A DNA stretch of 60,606 nucleotides from a virus (Duplodnaviria; Caudoviricetes): IMG/VR virus record IMGVR_UViG_3300011435_000002, positions 1-60,606 of that record; one strand, 5' to 3'. This document shows, in pieces, positions 18,272-26,693 of this stretch (its first letter is position 1; each line of letters opens with the position of its first letter). The notes below the pieces were generated by a model. That model searched no databases. It was not told where the DNA came from and was given only the letters and a program-made list of their open reading frames with translations. A program made the translations under genes and the position numbers.

Positions 18272-19399
18272 ATGAAGGCTCATATCGTGCAGTTCAGAGG
18301 TCGTGACATCTTTGATCTGCAAGAGGCCGAGTTCACAGAAGATGACGGACGGATGTACGCTAATAACGTTCGCATCATCACAGCCGGCCTGTCCAAGAAC
18401 AACCGCAACTATCGACCGGAAGCCCTTCGTCAAGCCGCGAAGGATAAGACGTTCGATGGTATTCGGATGTTTGTCAATCATAGCAAAGAGCCACCGCTTA
18501 AGCGCCCCGTGGAACAGATGGTGTCCGCCGTCGAGAGTACTTGGTACGACGAAGGCAAGAGCACCCTCATGGGTAAGGTTGAGTTCTTCGATCAGAAATT
18601 CCGAGACTATGCTAAGCGGGCTCAGAAGTATCTTGGAGTTTCGATCGACGCCATTGTCCGTGGTGATCGAGTCGCTCAGACCGGTGGTAGAGTGATGGAA
18701 GATATCTACGGCTTCCATCAGCCAAAGTCCGTGGACTGGGTTCTTTTTCCTGCGGCGGGAGGGGGAATCGAGGCATGGGAAAGTGAAGGAGAAGCAGTGA
18801 TCGATTGGGAGTCCATCACAGAGGCGGATATCCAGAAGAATCTGCCGTCCCTGTGGGCGAAGTGGCACCCTGAGAACCACGGACAGCCTGGAGTTCACGG
18901 TTCGTCTCAGGAAGGCGAAGAGGAAGAGGAGGACGATCAGCCAGCGCAGACCAAGAAGACCCCCAAGAAGAAGGGCACTGATCAGTTCGTTGCTCGTGAG
19001 GAAGTCGCTTCGATCGTGGCGGAAGCCCTTACAGCTCACGACAAGGAACGAGAGAAGATTGAAGAGAAGCAGCGTCTTGCTGCTGATCAGGTTCGTGAAG
19101 CCTTTGCAGGTTCCGGACTTCCCCCTGTTACTCAGAAGAGGCTCATTGCTTCCTATGAGGGCATTGAGGAGTTCGACAAGACGAAGGTTGAGAAGGACAT
19201 CGCAGACGCGAAGGAGGAACTCAAGGCCGCGGGAGCTGGCCCGGTCATCACGGGGATGGGTCCGTCGGGCGGGGCTGGCGAGGGCACTGGTGATCAGACG
19301 CCCACCTACTCCGTCAAGGAATCCGTCGAATCTCACTTTGCTGGCCCCAAGAAGTCAGCTAAGAGCGATGACTCTCACGACGACAAGAAGGAGAGCTAG
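18272..19399 (+). CDS. Prohead protease/scaffold fusion
   Basis: AGLSKNNRNY, MFVNH, GVSI, SVDWVLFPAAGG; charged helical C-terminus. Confidence 0.85.
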   Translation: MKAHIVQFRGRDIFDLQEAEFTEDDGRMYANNVRIITAGLSKNNRNYRPEALRQAAKDKTFDGIRMFVNHSKEPPLKRPVEQMVSAVESTWYDEGKSTLMGKVEFFDQKFRDYAKRAQKYLGVSIDAIVRGDRVAQTGGRVMEDIYGFHQPKSVDWVLFPAAGGGIEAWESEGEAVIDWESITEADIQKNLPSLWAKWHPENHGQPGVHGSSQEGEEEEEDDQPAQTKKTPKKKGTDQFVAREEVASIVAEALTAHDKEREKIEEKQRLAADQVREAFAGSGLPPVTQKRLIASYEGIEEFDKTKVEKDIADAKEELKAAGAGPVITGMGPSGGAGEGTGDQTPTYSVKESVESHFAGPKKSAKSDDSHDDKKES

Positions 19400-19402
19400 T
19401 AG

Positions 19403-19768
19403 ATGTCGCGCACTTTCGTCCATGCCGGGCGCCGGCGAACCTTCACCCCGTCTGTGATCAATGCTGCCGGCGATCTGATTTTCCAGCAGGGGTTCTTCGG
19501 AGTCCTGCAGGATAATGCTGTCGTCGGTCGCCTGAATCACATGATCCTCGAAGGGGTTCATGAGCTCAAGAACGTTTATGGATCGAACATCAACCCGGGC
19601 GTGCTGGTTTCAGCTGCCCCGTCCGTGTTCGCTTCCACTCACACGATCTATCCTGCACCGTCGGTTCCGGCGAGCGGTAGGGTGATCGGACGTGTTTGGG
19701 CAACATCGCCAGCGTCATCGGCCACTGCGACCATCAAGGTCCAGCTGTTCAACCCGAACCAGCTCTAG
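19403..19768 (+). CDS. Capsid cement/decoration protein (DUF2190-like)
   Basis: FVHAG..AGD...GFFGV, EGVHEL, IGRVW; lies between protease and MCP. Confidence 0.65.
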   Translation: MSRTFVHAGRRRTFTPSVINAAGDLIFQQGFFGVLQDNAVVGRLNHMILEGVHELKNVYGSNINPGVLVSAAPSVFASTHTIYPAPSVPASGRVIGRVWATSPASSATATIKVQLFNPNQL

Positions 19769-19782
19769 AAGAGGAGAATTCA

Positions 19783-20838
19783 ATGCATGGAGCTCGGCCT
19801 GGCAACGCGCTGGGGCTGGCGCCCGGCTCACATCTGAAGATCTTCGATGCCTATATCGAAGCTCGTGAGCAGCTGGAAGCCGGGACCCTGAGCGCTCAGG
19901 AAGCCATGTCGACATCAGACTTTCCCACCTACATGGGCAGTCTGATTCGACTCAGCTTCCTCGATCGTTTCACGGAGATTTCCGGCTCTTGGAGCCAGTA
20001 CACCCGGGACTTCTCACTGGAAGACTTCGAAACCTGGAGCATGGCCCGATGGGGTCGGTTCCCGGATATCGAAGAGAAGCCACTGAACGGCCCCTACAAT
20101 GAAATCTACATCAAGGAGTTCCCGGCTGAAAACCTCCGCCTGCGAGAGTTCGGGAACGTCTTCAGTCTGACTCGGCAGCTGATCATCTCTGACCGGCTGA
20201 ACGAGATCTCGAAGTGGCCGCGACTTCTCGGTGAAGCGCTTGCCCGCACCCAGTCCAAGATCGCAGCGGTGGAGCAGTTCCAGAGCAACCCGACGATGTT
20301 CGACGGGAACGCTCTGTTCAGCACCGCTCATGCGAACCTCGCCACAGCCACAGCTCTGACGAACGACCTGACGGGGATGAACCTCCTGAAGGCGATGGAG
20401 CTTCAGCTGGACACGCAGACGGACGATGAGGGATTCAAGGTTACCTCTCCCGGTAATCGACGCACCCTGATCATCCCCGTCGAGTATCGGTGGATCGTCA
20501 ACTCGCTCATCAACAATGACGTGGTTCCGAGCGGTGCCAACCTGGTGCCGAACGAAGTCAAGGGTCGTTACGACGTGATCGAGGAACGCTTCTTCACTGA
20601 TGCGAACAACTACTACATGACATCTGATCTGAAGGGCGAGCTGGGCTTCCTGGCCGCCGTCTCACTGAACGGGAACACGACCCCGTTCCTGGGACTGAAA
20701 GACCCCGGGGTTCGCGCCGTCCTTGGCGGGAACGATCCCTATTCCTTCGAGTTCGACGAGGTCAGCTACAAGATTCGGCATGACTTTAACTTCAAGCCGG
20801 TCGAGTGGCGCGGGATCGTCGGGGCGTTGCCTGCATAA
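19783..20838 (+). CDS. Major capsid protein (HK97 fold, Mu gpT-like)
   Basis: STSDFP, LTRQLIISD, DGNALFSTAHANL, KIRHDF; GAGGAG RBS. Confidence 0.9.
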   Translation: MHGARPGNALGLAPGSHLKIFDAYIEAREQLEAGTLSAQEAMSTSDFPTYMGSLIRLSFLDRFTEISGSWSQYTRDFSLEDFETWSMARWGRFPDIEEKPLNGPYNEIYIKEFPAENLRLREFGNVFSLTRQLIISDRLNEISKWPRLLGEALARTQSKIAAVEQFQSNPTMFDGNALFSTAHANLATATALTNDLTGMNLLKAMELQLDTQTDDEGFKVTSPGNRRTLIIPVEYRWIVNSLINNDVVPSGANLVPNEVKGRYDVIEERFFTDANNYYMTSDLKGELGFLAAVSLNGNTTPFLGLKDPGVRAVLGGNDPYSFEFDEVSYKIRHDFNFKPVEWRGIVGALPA

Positions 20839-20843
20839 TCCGA

Positions 20844-20890
20844 TGGGGACCGGTTTGGCGCTCCTCCCAACCAACCGGTCCCCACATTTT
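20844..20890 (+). terminator. Intrinsic terminator after the MCP gene
   Basis: tggggaccggtt / aaccggtcccca stem plus T tract. Confidence 0.75.
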
Positions 20891-20927
20891 AGTTTGCTCT
20901 TTGAGCTATTAGAAAGGTGGCGGCACC

Positions 20928-23900
20928 GTGGCAACAATCTCTCTGGGTATGATCATCAAGAATGAGGGTCGTACCCTTGAAGCTTGTCTGAAGTCAGTGG
21001 CTCCCTTCGTCGACCAGATCGTTATCGGGTTGGCCGGGGAGTCCACTGACAACACCAAAGATATAATCGACATCCACAACGGGTACGGTAGTCCTACTCA
21101 AACTAAGATCGAATTCTTCGACATCGAGTGGATTGACGACTTCTCGGCAGCTCGTCAGGAGGTTTTTGACCGCTGCACCAGCGAGTATTTCCTGTGGCTC
21201 GATGGAGACGATGTTCTCGTCGGTGGTGAGAAGATGCAAGGTTACATTCTCACTAATCCGAATGTCGACGCGTTCTACATGGGTTACGACTACTCGCGTG
21301 ATGAAAATGGGATGAATAACTGCTATCTCATTCGAGAGCGGTTAGTCCAGCGACATCCCGAAATCCAGCCTGATTGGATCTGGATGGGTCGTGTCCACGA
21401 GGTGTTATCACCCCAGTTCCCCCATATCGCAATGAAGATTGACGATATGGTGGTAGTCCATCACAAGCCCCCCTTCAAACACGAGGTTGATCGTAATACT
21501 CGAATCCTGTACCAGCAGCTTCGAGAGCAGGAGCCAAATCCAGACCCCCGCATTCTGATCTATCTCGGGTCAGAAGCACTCGGGAGGGGAGATACTCGTG
21601 AGGGTATCATGCATCTCGAGCGTTTCGTGAAGTTGAGTGGTTGGGACGAGGAGAAATACCAGGCACAGGTCAAGATCGCACATGCTTGGCGTGGGGTGGG
21701 AGAGATTCAACGTTCTTTGGCAGCCGCACAGGAAGCCATTGCCATGATGCCGGAATGGCCGGATGCATATCTCGCGATGGCAAAAGCGTACTCATCCGAT
21801 CCGCTTAACAACTGGCAAGCGGCACTTCATTATCTGAAGACGGCTGTGCAGAAGCCGAAGCCACAAACCATGTTAATCATCAATCCCCTGGAGTATACCT
21901 ATGAGCCTTCACTTCTGATTGCTCTGGCCTATACTCATCTAGGTGATTACGAGGTCGCTCTCCAAAACTACAAGAACGCCTATGCCTTCCAAGAGGATGC
22001 GACAGTCGCAGACCAGATTAGGTTGCTCAGCCGTCAGGTTGAACTTAATCAGGTGCAGACTTCATTCCTCACTCTTCGTGAGTATCTCGGTCGTCACGAT
22101 GAGTGGTTGAAGGTCCGTAAACTCTTCGACGTAGTGCCTAAGAATCTCGAGCAGAGTGCTGCCATTCGTGAGGTTTGGGAGCGCTCCATGGATCAGACGG
22201 CCCACGTCGAAGAACCAAAGATCATGGAGGAATTCTATACCGGTAATCCATTCTGGCAGCCGATGAGCGATGAGAACATTCTGAGCCCATCGTGGTTGGA
22301 TTACCCTCGACTCAAGTTCGCACTTGATACGGCGCGTCGCGTGGAAGCCAAAACGATCGTAGACTGGGGTTGTTCTGATGGTTTCATCTCTCTCCCACTC
22401 GCGAAGGAGATCGGAGCCCGAGTCACCGGGTTCGACCTTGATCCTAGGTGTACACAGTTGGCATCGCTACGTGCGGAAAGATGGGGAGTGGAGGCTAGTT
22501 TCGAAGTCGGAAACGTTGACGAAATCGGTGGATGGGAAGGGTCAAAAGCTGACCTTGGAATCTTCTTCGAAGTCATAGAGCATGTTGTTGATCCAGCTGC
22601 TACTCTGACTCGACTTGAGAAGACAGCAAAGCACATTGCCATCACAATTCCTTATCTGGCTTGGGAAGATGGCAACGTTCCCGCATGGGATAAAGCTGAA
22701 CCTAAGGGCCACCTCCGAATCTTCGACCAGTATGATATCGAGCGACTTCTCACTGGTCGAGGTAAGATTCACAATATCTACCGTGAACCTTGGGGTAACA
22801 CCGGTTGGATTTTCGCTGATTATGAGCCCGGTGTTCAGTTGAAGAAAGAAACCATCATCATCGGTGCAATGGCCGGGATGGAGGATTGGGGACCTAGAAA
22901 ACTAAAGGAGAGTGGCCTGGGTGGCTCAGAAACTGCCGTCATCAAGTTGGCCGAAGCACTCGCGGCCGGCAATCGACGTCCGATCGTTTACAACCCAACC
23001 GATGAACCCGGCTATTACGGGGGTGTTTGTTACCGTCCCTCAGACCATTTCCGTCCCGAAATCCACTCTGATCTGTTCATCGCTTGGCGAACTCCAGAAG
23101 CCGCAGACTGGGAAATCAACACAGAACACCTCGCCCTGTGGTTGCACGATACAGATTATGGGGACCGACTAACACCTGAGAGAGCAAAGAAGTTTGACTC
23201 ATTCGTCGTGTTGTCGAAGTGGCACATGGCCCACGTGATCAAAACTTATCCATTCATCCCCGCAGAGAAAATCAAAATCATTCCGAACGGAGTTGAGACT
23301 GAGAGATTCCAGGCGAAGGTGAAAAAGAACCTTAAGAAAGTTGTTTACTCTTCGTCGCCAGATAGGGGACTGGACATTATCTTAGAGCACATTTGGCCCA
23401 AGGTCGTTGAAGCCGTCCCTGATGCCGAGCTCCATATCTACTACGGCTGGGACAATATCAACAAGGGTGCTCAAATCCCGGGCTATGAGTTTCTGGCCAA
23501 CTTCAAAGCTCATGTCGAACAACTGTTCCTGAATTCCAAGAACGTCGTTCAACATGGACGCATTCCTCAAGATCAGTTGGCGAAAGAGATGCAGGAGGCG
23601 TCGATTTGGTTGTATCCTACATACTTCTCAGAGACATACTGCATCACGGCAGTTGAGGCTCAGCTAGCAGGGGCAATTCCCATCACAAATCGACTAGCCG
23701 CATTGGAGGAGACGGTTCAGAGCGGCATCTACGTTCCTGGAGATGTCACTGATCCACAGGTACAGTCAGCCTTTGTAGAAGCTACCATCCACGTTCTACT
23801 TGCTGAGAATGATCCGAAGCTGCGGGCTCGAATTCGACTCCAAGCCCCCGTGGTGGGGTGGGATCAGGTGGCTAATCAGTGGGAAGCATTTGTAGGAGAT

Positions 23901-24056
23901 AGTCGTGAGAGTTCCGATGATTTCAGCAATCCACAGTTGGTATTGTCCGAACTGCGGACTAACGGATCAGACGAACGAACCGCGTCCTCACAGTCGGATG
24001 CACACCTGTCCGAAGATGCTCAACATGTCGGTGCCGATGGTTCCAGCAGGAACTAA
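20928..24056 (+). CDS. Multidomain GT2 - TPR - SAM methyltransferase - GT4 glycosyltransferase
   Basis: ISLGMIIKNE/DFSAAR/WLDGDD (GT2); TPR helices; VDWGCSDG and FEVIEHV (class I MTase); GGSE, IPNGV, SSPDRGL, ETYCITAVEA (GT4). Confidence 0.88.
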   Translation: MATISLGMIIKNEGRTLEACLKSVAPFVDQIVIGLAGESTDNTKDIIDIHNGYGSPTQTKIEFFDIEWIDDFSAARQEVFDRCTSEYFLWLDGDDVLVGGEKMQGYILTNPNVDAFYMGYDYSRDENGMNNCYLIRERLVQRHPEIQPDWIWMGRVHEVLSPQFPHIAMKIDDMVVVHHKPPFKHEVDRNTRILYQQLREQEPNPDPRILIYLGSEALGRGDTREGIMHLERFVKLSGWDEEKYQAQVKIAHAWRGVGEIQRSLAAAQEAIAMMPEWPDAYLAMAKAYSSDPLNNWQAALHYLKTAVQKPKPQTMLIINPLEYTYEPSLLIALAYTHLGDYEVALQNYKNAYAFQEDATVADQIRLLSRQVELNQVQTSFLTLREYLGRHDEWLKVRKLFDVVPKNLEQSAAIREVWERSMDQTAHVEEPKIMEEFYTGNPFWQPMSDENILSPSWLDYPRLKFALDTARRVEAKTIVDWGCSDGFISLPLAKEIGARVTGFDLDPRCTQLASLRAERWGVEASFEVGNVDEIGGWEGSKADLGIFFEVIEHVVDPAATLTRLEKTAKHIAITIPYLAWEDGNVPAWDKAEPKGHLRIFDQYDIERLLTGRGKIHNIYREPWGNTGWIFADYEPGVQLKKETIIIGAMAGMEDWGPRKLKESGLGGSETAVIKLAEALAAGNRRPIVYNPTDEPGYYGGVCYRPSDHFRPEIHSDLFIAWRTPEAADWEINTEHLALWLHDTDYGDRLTPERAKKFDSFVVLSKWHMAHVIKTYPFIPAEKIKIIPNGVETERFQAKVKKNLKKVVYSSSPDRGLDIILEHIWPKVVEAVPDAELHIYYGWDNINKGAQIPGYEFLANFKAHVEQLFLNSKNVVQHGRIPQDQLAKEMQEASIWLYPTYFSETYCITAVEAQLAGAIPITNRLAALEETVQSGIYVPGDVTDPQVQSAFVEATIHVLLAENDPKLRARIRLQAPVVGWDQVANQWEAFVGDSRESSDDFSNPQLVLSELRTNGSDERTASSQSDAHLSEDAQHVGADGSSRN

Positions 24057-24219
24057 GGCGAAGATCGAGACACGAGAACGGGAGGATTACTTAGGAGACG
24101 AGAAGGTTCAACTCTTCGAAGGGCGGCCCATTATGTCCATCGTTACAACCCGTGAAGACGGCAGCAACGACACAAGAGTGTTTTCTCCTGTGGCCGTTGG
24201 CTCCTCAAAGGAAGGATAG
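23905..24219 (+). CDS. Conserved-looking phage Zn-ribbon protein
   Basis: WYCPNC...HTCP, EREDY; AGGAG RBS; overlaps the GT 3' end. Confidence 0.65.
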   Translation: MRVPMISAIHSWYCPNCGLTDQTNEPRPHSRMHTCPKMLNMSVPMVPAGTKAKIETREREDYLGDEKVQLFEGRPIMSIVTTREDGSNDTRVFSPVAVGSSKEG

Positions 24220-24225
24220 TTACGA

Positions 24226-24531
24226 GTGAGTACTTCGAGTGGAAAGGGTACAGCCCACAATGCCTCGGTAAAGACTAATAATCACATCGGAAAGTTGGAA
24301 CAAGCTCTGACTGCCGCACGAGCTGAGCAGGAGTTGGAGTTTCCTGCTCGGAGGGTAGCGGCAGCAGAAAGGGCTGTTGAGAAAGCCGAGGCTGCTTTGG
24401 ATGCAGCTAATGATGCTTTGAGGCAGGCCATCTCTGATAACCAAGCCGAGAAAGATGGCATGGAAGCCGCTATTGCAGAACGGGTTGAACGGAAAGCTGC
24501 CCTTGATGCCCTTGCAGAGGAAGGGAACTAA
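24226..24531 (+). CDS. Ala/Glu-rich coiled-coil protein
   Basis: Heptad-like composition. Confidence 0.6.
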   Translation: MSTSSGKGTAHNASVKTNNHIGKLEQALTAARAEQELEFPARRVAAAERAVEKAEAALDAANDALRQAISDNQAEKDGMEAAIAERVERKAALDALAEEGN

Positions 24532-24534
24532 TCC

Positions 24535-25002
24535 ATGGCTTGGTCAAACAGCAAGATTTTCATGGCAACAATCGAGGACGTGCTTGAGAACACAACTGCG
24601 ATTGACTTGAACAGCGACACATTCAAGGCTGCGCTGTTCAACGACAGCATAACTCCATCACAGATAGTTGCTTCCGCTTCTACAGCCTATGCGGCCGGTG
24701 TCTGGGCTTCTGGTGGAGTTTCAGATGCCCCATCTTGGCCAGCAGTTGGTCGTGATCTGGCTGGTGTTGCTTCAGGTTTCGCGTCGAACGTCTATACCTT
24801 CGATGCGAACGATACAGCCTCGGCTGATGCAACTACCGATCTCGCTTCCGTGTTCGGTACACTCGTATATGATGATACTATCACTACCCCTGTGGCAGAT
24901 CAAGGTCTCAGTTACAATTACTTCGGCGGTTCCAACTCTGTTGTGAACGGAACTTTTACGATCGTTTGGAACGTCCTAGGAATCGTTCAGCTGACGTTGT
25001 AA
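24535..25002 (+). CDS. Virion structural protein
   Basis: IDLNSDTFKAAL...NGTFTIVW, typical of head-appendage modules. Confidence 0.7.
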   Translation: MAWSNSKIFMATIEDVLENTTAIDLNSDTFKAALFNDSITPSQIVASASTAYAAGVWASGGVSDAPSWPAVGRDLAGVASGFASNVYTFDANDTASADATTDLASVFGTLVYDDTITTPVADQGLSYNYFGGSNSVVNGTFTIVWNVLGIVQLTL

Positions 25003-25003
25003 G

Positions 25004-26188
25004 ATGGCAGTTGTAAGGCTCTGCGGGTTTGAAAGCGCCGCTGCTTTGAGTGATGGTATCTCAACTTTCTCTCAGGTCAGCGGTACTTTCGCTTGGGATA
25101 CCTCAGTCGTCAGAAGTGGTGCTCGTTCTTTCCATTGCACCGTAATCAACTCAAACTCCGGAGGCGGGTGTAGCCTCGCTAGTCCGAGTGCTCCAGCGCA
25201 TTCATTCGTTCACTTTGGTTTCCGGGTCGCATCTATGCCAGCTGGTGGTTCTAACCAGAAGACCATCTACTCCCGGTCTGATCAAGCTGGAACAATCAAT
25301 ATTCGCTTGAACTCAACCGGAACTCTGGGAATCTATCTTCAGAACACACTCATTGGTACAACTGCCACAACTCTTTCGTTGGATACCTGGTACTGGATTG
25401 GCATTCGAGTTGTCACGGGGTCTAGTGTGGAGTGGCTCCAGATTGATGGGGTAGATGCCGGGGTGGTGGGTAGTGCAACTGTCACAACCATTCACTCTAA
25501 CTTCGGTTTCTTCGATGCCTCGGGGCCACAGGCGGCGGCTGATGCTTACTGGGATGATATTCTTCTAGATAACGCCTCATTCGTTGCGCCCAGTAAGATC
25601 GTCACTCTGTCACCCATCAGCGACAATGCTCGTGCCACTCTGTGGACTGGAGGAGCTGGCGGTACTACCAGTCTCTTTGAGGCTGTGAACAACGAACCTC
25701 CGGTAGGAACTGCTACAGAAACAAACACCACTCAGATCGAACATGCTGGTGGAGCCGCAGGTACTACAGATGCTTACGATGCCAACATGACATCGTACTC
25801 AACCGCTGGAATAGCTGCGGCCGATACTGTCACTGCTCTACAGTATAGCATCATCCATGGAGAGGACATCAACACTGGCACTAAGCTGCTGAATTTCTCG
25901 ATAGTCTCAAACCCAACACAGGCCTCGGGAATTGCTAACTTCGCTGCTGGTGCTGATGCCGGAGCATTAGGTACTTTTCCATCCACGTGGACCCGTGCGC
26001 AGAATACTCTCGTTGAAAGCCCCGCTGTTACGAAGGGCACCTCTCCTGTCATGAGGGTTGTTCGCCCAGAGACGGCATCTCGAGTTGCTTCAGTTTGTTA
26101 TATGGAGATTGCGGTAGCTTATCAGGAAGCTATCGTAGTTCCCTACGTTCCCAGAGTTCATCCATACCGTCAGGTGATGGTGCAGTGA
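25004..26188 (+). CDS. S/T/G-rich virion protein with LamG-like beta-sandwich
   Basis: GFES, SGARS, TLSLDTWYWIG, LQIDG, YWDD. Confidence 0.65.
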   Translation: MAVVRLCGFESAAALSDGISTFSQVSGTFAWDTSVVRSGARSFHCTVINSNSGGGCSLASPSAPAHSFVHFGFRVASMPAGGSNQKTIYSRSDQAGTINIRLNSTGTLGIYLQNTLIGTTATTLSLDTWYWIGIRVVTGSSVEWLQIDGVDAGVVGSATVTTIHSNFGFFDASGPQAAADAYWDDILLDNASFVAPSKIVTLSPISDNARATLWTGGAGGTTSLFEAVNNEPPVGTATETNTTQIEHAGGAAGTTDAYDANMTSYSTAGIAAADTVTALQYSIIHGEDINTGTKLLNFSIVSNPTQASGIANFAAGADAGALGTFPSTWTRAQNTLVESPAVTKGTSPVMRVVRPETASRVASVCYMEIAVAYQEAIVVPYVPRVHPYRQVMVQ

Positions 26189-26198
26189 GGAGACCGGA

Positions 26199-26690
26199 TT
26201 GTCTACCTATTCGGTGACGATGCAGAACCAGTCCATCGTCGCAGACGCCACTTTAGTGATCATCCACACTGATTCAACGGTCGCGTCGCCGGGATCAAAC
26301 ATTCGTCTCTTGCGGGCTTGGTGCGGGCAACAGGCGAGTGAAGTTTCAGACCAGTTGGGCGTCATCATTGGGCAGAAAGCATCAGCATTCGGAACTTACA
26401 CCTCCACCACTCCGACTCCTCATTTCATTGGTGGTCAAGTTTCAGGCATCGTGGGTGCTACAACTGGGGCAGAGGGAACAGCTGGTACAGATGCTTCCGC
26501 TGAGGGGGCTGGCACTGTTACTCCAATCATTTACGATGGATTCAATAATCTCAATGGCTATCTCTGGTTGCCATCTGAACGGGAACAGATCATCATTCCA
26601 GCTGATACAGCCATTATCTTGAAGATCGTGGGTACTCCAGCAGCTCTGGGTAACTGGAGTGCTGGGATGACTTACGAAGAACTCAACTAG
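26199..26690 (+). CDS. Virion structural protein
   Basis: GAGGAG RBS; beta-rich; ends in TYEE. Confidence 0.6.
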   Translation: MSTYSVTMQNQSIVADATLVIIHTDSTVASPGSNIRLLRAWCGQQASEVSDQLGVIIGQKASAFGTYTSTTPTPHFIGGQVSGIVGATTGAEGTAGTDASAEGAGTVTPIIYDGFNNLNGYLWLPSEREQIIIPADTAIILKIVGTPAALGNWSAGMTYEELN

Positions 26691-26693
26691 TCA

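Noticed and set aside
17969-19336. 455-aa antisense ORF
   Set aside because: Shadow of the protease/scaffold gene caused by codon bias; no motifs or RBS
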